The notes under the pieces: model-generated
Databases searched by the model: none
Seen by the model: only the letters and a program-made list of their open reading frames with translations
What the model was told of the DNA's origin: nothing
Translations under genes and position numbers: made by a program
NCBI GenBank assembly: GCA_028687345.1
Contig: JAQUAH010000002.1
Location: 1-35,944, forward strand
Length of the DNA stretch: 35,944 nt
Source of the DNA: Candidatus Omnitrophota bacterium
GTDB taxonomy: Bacteria; Omnitrophota; Gorgyraeia; Gygaellales; Profunditerraquicolaceae
Direction of reading: 5' to 3'
In this document: positions 26,419 through 34,663 of the stretch, one piece after another
Position numbering within the stretch: the stretch's first letter is position 1
How the letters are laid out: each line of letters begins with the position of its first letter

Positions 26419-26904
26419 ATGGAAGAAATCCTGGAAATCCTGGAGAAAGACGGTAGGCTATCGGTAGAAGATATTGCACGGATGTTGAAGAAGAAACCCG
26501 CAAGCATAAAGCAGGCAATAAAAAAATATGAAAAGGATGGGGTAATATTAAAATATAAGGCGGTAATCAATAGAGAGTTAATCAGGGACACAGATTCAGG
26601 TGTGCGGGCATTAATTGAAGTCAATATTACGCCGCAGAAAGACCTGGGGTTCGATAGGATTGCCGAGCGCATTTATTCATTCCCGGAAGTTTCAAGCTGC
26701 TATCTTATCTCCGGCACTTATGACCTGCTTTTGATTGTGGAAGGAAAAGATTTGCATACCGTAGCCAGCTTCGTAGCTGAAAAATTAGCTCCCCTGGAGA
26801 ATATTAGGGGCACAACCACGCATTTTCTTTTGAAAAAATATAAGGAAGACGGGATTATTCTAAAACACAGGGAAGAGAACAAAAGGATAGCAATTTCATA
26901 TTGA
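26419..26904 (+). CDS. Lrp/AsnC-family transcriptional regulator
   Basis: N-terminal HTH ILEILEKDGRLSVEDIARML. C-terminal RAM-like domain with VSSCYLISGTYDLLLIV. Confidence 0.85.
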   Translation: MEEILEILEKDGRLSVEDIARMLKKKPASIKQAIKKYEKDGVILKYKAVINRELIRDTDSGVRALIEVNITPQKDLGFDRIAERIYSFPEVSSCYLISGTYDLLLIVEGKDLHTVASFVAEKLAPLENIRGTTTHFLLKKYKEDGIILKHREENKRIAISY

Positions 26905-26926
26905 GATTCGAAAATCATACAGGTCG

Positions 26927-26947
26927 ATAGTCAATAGTCTATAGTCA
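26927..26947 (+). repeat. three tandem 7-bp repeats ATAGTCA ATAGTCT ATAGTCA, 12 nt upstream of the aminotransferase start
   Basis: Read directly from the sequence. Lies in the 54-nt gap between the Lrp/AsnC gene and the aminotransferase gene. Confidence 0.85.
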
Positions 26948-26958
26948 AGAACGTTTAT

Positions 26959-28125
26959 ATGAAAAATATTATTTCTAAAAAAGTCCAAAATATGCAGCCT
27001 TCCGGAATCCGGGCATTTTTTGATTTAGTGCTCGGTATGAAAGAAGTTATTTCGCTTGGCGTAGGTGAGCCGGATTTCGTTACCCCCTGGCAGATACGCG
27101 AAGCAGGCATATATTCTTTAGAGCAGGGTTTTACCTCTTACACCTCAAATAAAGGGCTTTATAAACTTAGGTTAGCCTTAAGCCGCTATTTGAAGCAGAG
27201 GCACAGTTTAGATTACTCTGCGGAAGATGAGATATTGATTACGGTGGGGGTAAGCGAGGCCATGGATTTGACACTGCGTGCGATTATTAACCCCGGAGAT
27301 AGAATATTAATACCTGTGCCCAGTTACGTTTCTTACGGCCCGGTTACAGAATTAGCCGGCGGTATACCTATATATATTGACACCAGTAAGCAAGGTTTTA
27401 AGATTACGCCGCGTCTTTTAGAAAAACATATCGATAAAAAGACAAAAGGGATAGTTTTGAATTATCCCACCAATCCTACAGGCGTTTCTTACACTCGTAA
27501 GGAATTGAGTGAGATCTGCCGGGTTTTATTAAAACATAAATTAATCTGCATCTCGGATGAGGTTTACGCAGATTTAACTTATGATTTTGAGCATACTCCA
27601 TTTGCTACGCTTAAAGGCGCAAAAAACAATACTATTTACCTGGATGGATTTTCTAAAAGTTATGCCATGACCGGTTGGCGCATAGGTTTTGCCTGCGGGC
27701 CAAAGGAAATGATCCAGGCGATGACCAAGGTGCACCAGTATACTATCATGTGCGTACCCATAACTTCCCAGATGGCTGCCTGCGAAGCGCTGCACAGCGG
27801 CAGAAAATCGGTAGAAGAAATGAAGCGCGAATATAAACGAAGAAGGGAATTTGTAGTGGGTGAATTAAACCGCCTGGGCCTTTCCTGCTTGAGGCCGCAG
27901 GGGGCTTTTTATGTTTTTCCCTCAATCAAGAATACGGGTTACAGCTCCATGGATTTTTCTCAACAGCTGTTAAGAGAGCAAAAGGTAGCTGTGGTCCCGG
28001 GGACAGCTTTTGGTAAGACAGGGGAAGGCTATATCAGGATTTCTTATGCCTCAAGCCTTGACCACTTGAAAGAAGCACTGCTTAGAATAAATAATTTTCT
28101 TAAAGACAATCGGAGGAAAAGATGA
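26959..28125 (+). CDS. PLP-dependent aminotransferase, class I/II (aspartate/aromatic aminotransferase-like)
   Basis: NYPTNPTG, DEVYADL, PLP-lysine motif GFSKSYAMTGWRIGF, IRISYA near the C-terminus. Confidence 0.9.
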   Translation: MKNIISKKVQNMQPSGIRAFFDLVLGMKEVISLGVGEPDFVTPWQIREAGIYSLEQGFTSYTSNKGLYKLRLALSRYLKQRHSLDYSAEDEILITVGVSEAMDLTLRAIINPGDRILIPVPSYVSYGPVTELAGGIPIYIDTSKQGFKITPRLLEKHIDKKTKGIVLNYPTNPTGVSYTRKELSEICRVLLKHKLICISDEVYADLTYDFEHTPFATLKGAKNNTIYLDGFSKSYAMTGWRIGFACGPKEMIQAMTKVHQYTIMCVPITSQMAACEALHSGRKSVEEMKREYKRRREFVVGELNRLGLSCLRPQGAFYVFPSIKNTGYSSMDFSQQLLREQKVAVVPGTAFGKTGEGYIRISYASSLDHLKEALLRINNFLKDNRRKR

Positions 28126-29459
28126 GAAGCCTTAAGCCTAAAACAAAATCAGATATTATTAAGCTGGTAAAAGCGCACAAGGTCAGATATATAAGGTTAT
28201 GGTTTACTGATGTATTAGGGTTCCTGAAAGGTTTTACCATAACCATAGAAGAATTACCGCGCGCATTAGAAGATGGTATGGGGTTTGATGGTTCTTCCAT
28301 CGAAGGTTTTGCGCGTATCGAAGAGTCGGATATGATTGCCAGGCCGGATCCTGCCACATTTGCTATCCTTCCCTGGGAGTCTAAAGAGCAGCCGGTAGCG
28401 CGCATGTTTTGCGATATCCATACTCCCAATGGCAAGCCCTTTGAGGCTGACCCAAGGTTTGTGCTGAAGCAGAATTTAGCCAGGGCAAAACAGATGGGAT
28501 TTACCTACTATGTGGGGCCGGAGCTGGAATATTTTTATTTTAATAACCCAAAAAACACCATTGTCTTAGACCGGGGAGGATATTTTGACTTGACTCCTCT
28601 CGATGTTGCCCAGGGTGTGCGTAACGACACGGTGAGCGCCTTAGAGGATTTGGGGATTATTGTGGAGTATAGCCACCACGAGGTTGCTTCAAGTCAACAT
28701 GAGATAGACTTGCGTTACACTGATGCCCTGACGATGGCAGATAATGTTATGACCTACCGCCTGGTAGCCAAAGAGATTGCACAGGCAAAAGGCTTGCACG
28801 CTACCTTTATGCCCAAGCCGGTATTCGGTATTAATGGCTCCGGTATGCATACGCACCAGTCGTTATTCAAGGGAGAGAGGAATGCCTTTTTTGATGCCAA
28901 GGCAAAATACCATCTTTCGGAAATCGGCAGGTTTTTTACTGCCGGGCTCTTAAGGCATGCCCCGGAGATTACCTCAATTACCAGCCAGTGGGTTAATTCT
29001 TATAAACGTTTGGTCCCCGGCTACGAGGCACCGGTATATATTTGCTGGGCACAGATGAACCGTTCTGCACTTATACGCGTGCCTATGTATAAACCCGGCA
29101 AAGAGAAGGCTACCCGTATTGAATACCGTTCTCCTGACCCTGCCTGTAATCCATACCTTGCTTTTGCGGCAATGTTGGCAGCAGGCTTAGATGGGATTGA
29201 GAAAGAATATAAATTGCCCGAGCCCGCCAATGACAATATTTATCATATGGATGAAGAGCAACGGGATAGGTTAGGCATAAAATCACTCCCTGAAGATTTG
29301 CTGGAGGCGATCAAGATTACAGAAAACAGTAAGTTGGTAAAAGAATGTTTGGGCGAGAAAGTCTTTGAATATTTCATCCGCAATAAGAAAGTGGAGTGGG
29401 ATGAATATAAAGCCCAGGTAACACAATACGAAATAGATAAATATCTTCCGATACTTTAA
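28122..29459 (+). CDS. glnA: glutamine synthetase type I (GSI-alpha-like, 445 aa)
   Basis: ATGA overlap with the aminotransferase stop. FDGSSIEGF, GPELEYF, NGSGMHTHQSLF, RIEYRSPDPACNPYLA. Confidence 0.95.
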   Translation: MRSLKPKTKSDIIKLVKAHKVRYIRLWFTDVLGFLKGFTITIEELPRALEDGMGFDGSSIEGFARIEESDMIARPDPATFAILPWESKEQPVARMFCDIHTPNGKPFEADPRFVLKQNLARAKQMGFTYYVGPELEYFYFNNPKNTIVLDRGGYFDLTPLDVAQGVRNDTVSALEDLGIIVEYSHHEVASSQHEIDLRYTDALTMADNVMTYRLVAKEIAQAKGLHATFMPKPVFGINGSGMHTHQSLFKGERNAFFDAKAKYHLSEIGRFFTAGLLRHAPEITSITSQWVNSYKRLVPGYEAPVYICWAQMNRSALIRVPMYKPGKEKATRIEYRSPDPACNPYLAFAAMLAAGLDGIEKEYKLPEPANDNIYHMDEEQRDRLGIKSLPEDLLEAIKITENSKLVKECLGEKVFEYFIRNKKVEWDEYKAQVTQYEIDKYLPIL

Positions 29460-29467
29460 GCGAAACC

Positions 29468-30190
29468 ATGCCAAAGGCACAGAAGCATTATCAGGCGTAC
29501 CTTAAACAGATTGAGTTACTTTCTAAGGTAGCAAACCTAATTACCTCCGGTTTATACCTGGAGGAGCTCCTGAGGATTGTTGTGCAAATTACTGCGGAAA
29601 TCATGAATTCAAAGATTTGCTCTCTCATGCTGTTAGACCCGCAGAAGAAAGAACTGGTGGTTAAGGCAACGCAATCTATTTCAGAAAGCTATAATAAGAA
29701 ACCTAACATTAAATTGGGAGAAGGGATTGCCGGTATAGTGGCATTGGAGAATAAGCCGCTGTGCGTTTTAGATGTTAAAAAAGACAACCGTTATCTGAAC
29801 AGGGATATCGCCGAGAAAGAAAGTTTATATTCTTTGGCCTGTGTGCCTTTGGCTGTAAAAAACCGGGTCATCGGCGTGTTAAATGTTTATACGTCCAAAA
29901 AACATCTTTTCACCAAGCCAGAGTTGGATGTCTTAACTGCCGTGGCTAATCAGGCAGCAGTAGCCATTGAGAATGCGGAGTTGGATCTTAGGGCACGCAG
30001 CGCTGAAGAGGCCCTGACAACCAGGAAGGTTGTCGAACGGGCAAAAGAAATCCTTTCGCAGGAAGCAAATATCTTACCTTCAGAAGCCTACCGTCTGATT
30101 CAGAAGCAGAGTATGGACAGCCGCAAGACAATGCGCGAGATTGCTGAAGCCATAATTTTAGCCAAAGATATAAAAGGGAAAAAGGCCTAA
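29468..30190 (+). CDS. GAF-domain / ANTAR-domain RNA-binding antitermination regulator
   Basis: GAF-like region (CSLMLLD...GEGIAGIVA...LACVPL...GVLNVY). C-terminal ANTAR helices LTTRKVVERAKEILSQE...AYRLIQKQSMDSRKTMREIAEAII. Confidence 0.85.
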   Translation: MPKAQKHYQAYLKQIELLSKVANLITSGLYLEELLRIVVQITAEIMNSKICSLMLLDPQKKELVVKATQSISESYNKKPNIKLGEGIAGIVALENKPLCVLDVKKDNRYLNRDIAEKESLYSLACVPLAVKNRVIGVLNVYTSKKHLFTKPELDVLTAVANQAAVAIENAELDLRARSAEEALTTRKVVERAKEILSQEANILPSEAYRLIQKQSMDSRKTMREIAEAIILAKDIKGKKA

Positions 30191-30201
30191 AGAGCTTTAA
30201 C

Positions 30202-31830
30202 ATGCAAAAAGAGAACCTGCGCATAGCTATTTCACAAATTAATACTACCGTCGGAGACTTAGAGGCAAATTGCAATAAGATAGCGCAATATATCCAGAAA
30301 GCGAAAGCCCAGGGAGTAGATATAATTACATTTCCGGAGCTCGCACTTGCCGGTTACCCGCCAGAAGACCTGCTGCTTAAGCCGAAATTTATCGCAGATA
30401 ACCTTAAAAAGATAAAGGAATTAGCCAAAGTTGTCGATAATATTCTTGCCATAGTTGGTTTTGTAGATAAAGAAGGCAAGGATATTTACAATGCTGCCGC
30501 AGTAATTTATAACCGTAAAATTCAGGGCGTATGCCATAAGATATTTCTGCCGAATTACGGCGTCTTTGATGAAGAACGGTATTTTTCACCCGGGAAAGAG
30601 TGCCTGCTTTTTAAATTCGGAAAATTTAACTTTGGCGTGGACATCTGTGAGGATATCTGGCATTTTGACGGGCCTACAAAGGCACTGGCGAGGTCCGGGG
30701 CAAGGTTCATACTCAATATAAATGCCTCTCCGTATTATGCCGGTAAAATTAAAGACCGGGAAGAAGTGGTTAAAAAGCAGGCTAAGGCAAATCGTATTGC
30801 TATCGCATATACAAATTTAGTCGGCGGACAGGATGAGCTTGTTTTTGACGGCCAGAGCATGCTTGTAGATGCAAAAGGCAAGCTTATCTGCCGCGCTAAA
30901 AGCTTTAAAGAGGATTTGCTTATTTTTGATATAGAGGCCTCAAGCTCCGGCATACGCCTTAAGCCTCAAAAGACGGCTGGCGCACTTTCGCCCGATGCCG
31001 AAATTTATGAGGCGCTTAAATTAGGACTCTATGATTATTGCTCCAAGAATGGATTCAAGAAGGTAGTTATCGGCCTAAGCGGAGGCATAGATTCTGCTTT
31101 GGTCGCTACTGTTGCCTGTGATGCTTTAGGCAGAGAGAATGTCACTGCGGTATTTATGCCTTCTAAGTATTCTTCAACTGAGTCGCAGGAAGATGCAGCC
31201 GGGCTTGCGCAAAACCTAAAAATTAAACTTCTACATATCCCCATAGATGAAATCTACAGCACATATCTGGCAGCACTTAAAGAGCAATTCAGCGGCCTTA
31301 CGCCAAACACAGCTGAAGAAAACATTCAGGCGCGCATCAGGGGGAATATTCTGATGGCGCTCTCAAACAAGTTCGGGTGGCTGGTGTTGACAACGGGGAA
31401 TAAATCGGAAATGAGCACTGGTTATGCTACGCTTTACGGAGATATGGCAGGAGGGTTCGCCTTAATTAAAGATTGCCCCAAGACTTTAGTTTATAAGCTG
31501 GCTAACTACAGGAATTCTTTAGGCCAGGTTATCCCTGAGCGGGTGCTCACAAAAGAGCCCTCTGCAGAACTTAAACCCAACCAGAAAGATTCGGATACAT
31601 TACCTGCTTATGCAACCCTGGACCCAATTTTAAAGGCATATATAGAAGAAGATAAGGATTTAAGCAGGATTGTCTCCTTAGGGTTTGATAAAAATACGGT
31701 TTCCCGCGTTTTGAATATGGTGGATAAGAGCGAATATAAACGCCGCCAGTCACCCCCTGGCGTTAAAATTACACCAAAGGCCTTTGGCAGGGACAGAAGA
31801 ATGCCCATTACTAACAAGTATAGGGGATAA
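30202..31830 (+). CDS. nadE: glutamine-dependent NAD+ synthetase (CN-hydrolase domain + NAD synthase domain)
   Basis: N-terminal nitrilase-like domain (FPELALAGYPPEDL, ICEDIW). C-terminal ATP-PPase motif GLSGGIDS. 542 aa. Confidence 0.95.
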   Translation: MQKENLRIAISQINTTVGDLEANCNKIAQYIQKAKAQGVDIITFPELALAGYPPEDLLLKPKFIADNLKKIKELAKVVDNILAIVGFVDKEGKDIYNAAAVIYNRKIQGVCHKIFLPNYGVFDEERYFSPGKECLLFKFGKFNFGVDICEDIWHFDGPTKALARSGARFILNINASPYYAGKIKDREEVVKKQAKANRIAIAYTNLVGGQDELVFDGQSMLVDAKGKLICRAKSFKEDLLIFDIEASSSGIRLKPQKTAGALSPDAEIYEALKLGLYDYCSKNGFKKVVIGLSGGIDSALVATVACDALGRENVTAVFMPSKYSSTESQEDAAGLAQNLKIKLLHIPIDEIYSTYLAALKEQFSGLTPNTAEENIQARIRGNILMALSNKFGWLVLTTGNKSEMSTGYATLYGDMAGGFALIKDCPKTLVYKLANYRNSLGQVIPERVLTKEPSAELKPNQKDSDTLPAYATLDPILKAYIEEDKDLSRIVSLGFDKNTVSRVLNMVDKSEYKRRQSPPGVKITPKAFGRDRRMPITNKYRG

Positions 31831-31853
31831 AACACATTTGGCAAAAGGAAAAA

Positions 31854-31891
31854 GCGCCCTTTTCCCGGCGAGGAAGAAGCGGCGTTTTTTT
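31854..31891 (+). terminator. candidate intrinsic terminator of the glnA-nadE operon
   Basis: Imperfect hairpin cgcc-cttttcc ... ggaagaag-c-ggcg followed by TTTTTTT. Confidence 0.45.
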
Positions 31892-31896
31892 ATTTA

Positions 31897-31951
31897 GGGA
31901 CGGTTCTCAAGCTGAAGGAGAACCGTCCCCGAACAAGTTGAGAACCGTCCC
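31897..31951. repeat. REP cluster: perfect 12-bp-stem hairpin plus a third REP copy
   Basis: GGGACGGTTCTC (31897-31908), 10-nt loop, GAGAACCGTCCC (31919-31930), then a further GAGAACCGTCCC at 31940-31951. Same core as the repeats flanking the RAYT gene. Confidence 0.85.
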
Positions 31952-31990
31952 TATTTTATAAAAGCGTTTTCTTGGAAAGGGGCCATGGCC

Positions 31991-32019
31991 TTGCTATCCT
32001 AAGAAATTTGTGCTATATT
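31991..32019 (+). promoter_or_regulatory. candidate sigma70-type promoter
   Basis: TTGCTA (31991-31996), 17-nt spacer, TATATT (32014-32019), 20 nt upstream of GTG 32040. Confidence 0.35.
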
Positions 32020-32039
32020 TTCTAAAAGGGAGTTTTTAA

Positions 32040-32501
32040 GTGAAGAAAATTGCATTGGCATTATTTTTATTCCTGGTGATGTTCAATCTCTGCCGGGCAG
32101 AAGAGAGAAGTAATGGCAGTAATTATAATTATATGAGTACGTATAATTCTATAACATCCTCTGCCGCAAGCGCAGGCAGGGATGCAGCAATGCAGGCACA
32201 GAATAACTTAAATGCCTTCAGAAATACTGTACGCCAGCAAACGCCTCCGTCGCAGATGTATCAACAGCCGAAATTTCTCAAGCAAAATTCTCCTGCCTTT
32301 GACTATTCACAGAAAAACTTAACTACTCAAAACCTGAATACGCAGCTTAATTATTCCCAGCAGTTAAACAAGTTGAAACAGGATGCCGTAAAACACCAGA
32401 ATCAGGGAATTAATCTTGCCGTCCCGCCGCTTCTAAACCCAAGGGAATTTAAGGACGACCCCTCCAAAACAGTTATTCCGGTTGACTCCCATACACAATA
32501 G
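32040..32501 (+). CDS. small secreted Gln/Asn-rich protein, hypothetical
   Basis: GTG start with AAGGGAG RBS. Signal peptide MKKIALALFLFLVMFNLCRA. The mature part is low-complexity and Q/N/S-rich. No recognisable domain. Confidence 0.5.
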   Translation: MKKIALALFLFLVMFNLCRAEERSNGSNYNYMSTYNSITSSAASAGRDAAMQAQNNLNAFRNTVRQQTPPSQMYQQPKFLKQNSPAFDYSQKNLTTQNLNTQLNYSQQLNKLKQDAVKHQNQGINLAVPPLLNPREFKDDPSKTVIPVDSHTQ

Positions 32502-32596
32502 AGTTTAAAACAGTTCCTATCTGCTATTTTACAAGATTTCTTGAAACTTTAATATTTTCAATAAGTTAATTACCTGATAAAATACAAAAATTTATC

Positions 32597-32625
32597 TTGA
32601 CAAGGCTAGTTTTGAGTAATAAACT
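32597..32625 (+). promoter_or_regulatory. candidate sigma70-type promoter of tpsB
   Basis: TTGACA (32597-32602), 17-nt spacer, TAAACT (32620-32625). Confidence 0.4.
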
Positions 32626-32692
32626 AAAAACAATATATACCCCCAATTTCCTATCCTAATAAGGGAAAAATTAAGTAAAAGAGGAGGTTTTA

Positions 32693-34429
32693 ATGCCCAG
32701 GATTAGTCTAAGAAAGCATATTCTTTCTAGTCTCGTTTTTTTGTCTTTTTTATTAGTTTATAGCGAAATTCCGGCTCAAACCGTCTCTGAGTCTGAGACT
32801 GCAGGCGGAATACAGAAGCAGGAGGAGAACCTTGAGAAGATGCAGCGACTGGAACAAAAAATCACGGAGAAGAAGAAAAAGCCGGAAATAGAAGATAAAG
32901 AAGAAGGGCCAGCGCCCTTACCTGAAGGAGAAAAAGTCTTCATTAAAAAAATAACGGTAGAAGGGACAACTTTATTATCCGAAGCCGAAATTACCAAAAT
33001 TATTTCCCAGTTCCAAGGCAAAGAGCTTACCCTGGCTGACATGCAAAAGGTAGCTGATTTGATTACCGATGCCCTGAGAAAGAAGGGTTATGCTACCTCA
33101 CGGGCGTACCTTCCGCCACAGACCATCGCTAAAGATGGAATCTTAAAAATAAAGGTGGTAGAAGGTAGAGTCGGTGAAATCAACATAAAGGGCAACCGTT
33201 ATTTTAAGACCGCTTTGTATAAAAAAAAATTAAAGCTGCAACCAGGTGAATACTTTGCCTACCCTTCGCTTCAGCGTTCTTTAGTTTCTATCAATGAGAA
33301 CCCTGACCGTCTTGCCAAAGCCATTCTTGCGCCGGGTAAAAAACCAGGCACTACCGATATAATATTAGAGGTAAAAGATAAACTCCCCATTCATGTGGGC
33401 TATGAGTATGATAATTTTGCTGCCCGTTCTCTTGGCAGGGACAGGCAGGCAGTAGTATTTGAACACAATAACCTCTTGGGTTTTGATGATAAGCTATATT
33501 TTAAGTTTCAGCGCTCCGAGGATTCTTTGTACACTTCCAAGAGTGCCCGTTATCTTTTTCCCGTAGACGATACATTGGAATTGGGGCTTACCGGCCTCTA
33601 TAGCCGCTCCAGATTAGGCAGGGAGTTTTCAGTTCTGGACTCGCGCGGAACAGCAATGATTATCGGGGCATTTATGAATAAAGCCCTGATTGCTAAAGAT
33701 AACCTGGATTTACGGTTAAACTTTGGATTTGATTATAAGAAAATCCGTAACTATCTATTAGGCGGAATTGAGATTTCCCGCGATGATGTAAGGGTATTCA
33801 AGCTCGGTTTTGATTTAGATGCGATAGATAAATGGGGTAGAAATATTCTGACTGCAGAGCTTGACGGAGGCGTACCGAGGATGTGGGGAGGGCTGCTTGA
33901 TAAAGACCCCAGGGCTTCGCGAGTCGGTGCAGGCGGAAAATTCTTCAAAGGCGCTTTTAATTTCTTTAGGCTTCAACCCATGCCTTTTTCATCTACTATC
34001 CTTTGGAAGAATACCGCACAACTGTCTAATTATACGCTTGTGGCTGCCGAGCAATTCCAGATCGGCGGGCCCTTAAGCGTAAGGGGTTATCCTCCGGCAG
34101 AATTCTCAGGAGATGGAGGAATATCCACTTCATTGGAATGGACTTTCCCCTTTTATTTTATCCCCAAGAAAATAAATGTTCCTTTCACCAAGGAAAAAGT
34201 TTATGATAGATTGCGCGTTGCGCTTTTTTATGACTGGGCTACTGTGCATTTAAACAAGATTCAGCCCGGGGATAAAAAATACAGGGTTCTTAAAGCAGCT
34301 GGTTTCGGATTCAGATTTAACATTATTGAGCGCTTATCGGCTAAAGTAGACTTTGGCTATCCTTTGGATAAGAATCCTTCTGACAAGGACCATTTACACA
34401 CCTGGGTAGAGTTTACCTGTAAAATTTAA
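32693..34429 (+). CDS. two-partner secretion outer-membrane transporter (TpsB; ShlB/FhaC/HecB family, POTRA + beta-barrel)
   Basis: AGAGGAGG RBS. Signal peptide. POTRA-like region KKITVEGTTLLSEAEI...ILKIKVVEGRVGEINIKGNRYF. C-terminal beta-barrel with alternating aromatic pattern. Confidence 0.9.
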   Translation: MPRISLRKHILSSLVFLSFLLVYSEIPAQTVSESETAGGIQKQEENLEKMQRLEQKITEKKKKPEIEDKEEGPAPLPEGEKVFIKKITVEGTTLLSEAEITKIISQFQGKELTLADMQKVADLITDALRKKGYATSRAYLPPQTIAKDGILKIKVVEGRVGEINIKGNRYFKTALYKKKLKLQPGEYFAYPSLQRSLVSINENPDRLAKAILAPGKKPGTTDIILEVKDKLPIHVGYEYDNFAARSLGRDRQAVVFEHNNLLGFDDKLYFKFQRSEDSLYTSKSARYLFPVDDTLELGLTGLYSRSRLGREFSVLDSRGTAMIIGAFMNKALIAKDNLDLRLNFGFDYKKIRNYLLGGIEISRDDVRVFKLGFDLDAIDKWGRNILTAELDGGVPRMWGGLLDKDPRASRVGAGGKFFKGAFNFFRLQPMPFSSTILWKNTAQLSNYTLVAAEQFQIGGPLSVRGYPPAEFSGDGGISTSLEWTFPFYFIPKKINVPFTKEKVYDRLRVALFYDWATVHLNKIQPGDKKYRVLKAAGFGFRFNIIERLSAKVDFGYPLDKNPSDKDHLHTWVEFTCKI

Positions 34430-34454
34430 CAAATAAATTTTTTCTCTTCGGCCC

Positions 34455-34483
34455 TTGAATTTTAGGGCAAAATATGTTATACT
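34455..34483 (+). promoter_or_regulatory. candidate sigma70-type promoter of tpsA
   Basis: TTGAAT (34455-34460), 17-nt spacer, TATACT (34478-34483). Leaves a leader of about 180 nt. Confidence 0.4.
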
Positions 34484-34663
34484 CTGTCCACTTTAAGGCA
34501 TTTTCTTTAAGATGAAAGTCCTACAAAATAATAAGGTTGGGTACTTTAAAAGATGATTAATTTACCAGCAAGTCTTGCCTCTTTGTTTCCAGCCATTTCC
34601 CATACATATAATAAAGGTAAAAATTGTTAACGAATAAAAATAGTAACATTAAAGGAGGAAGTA

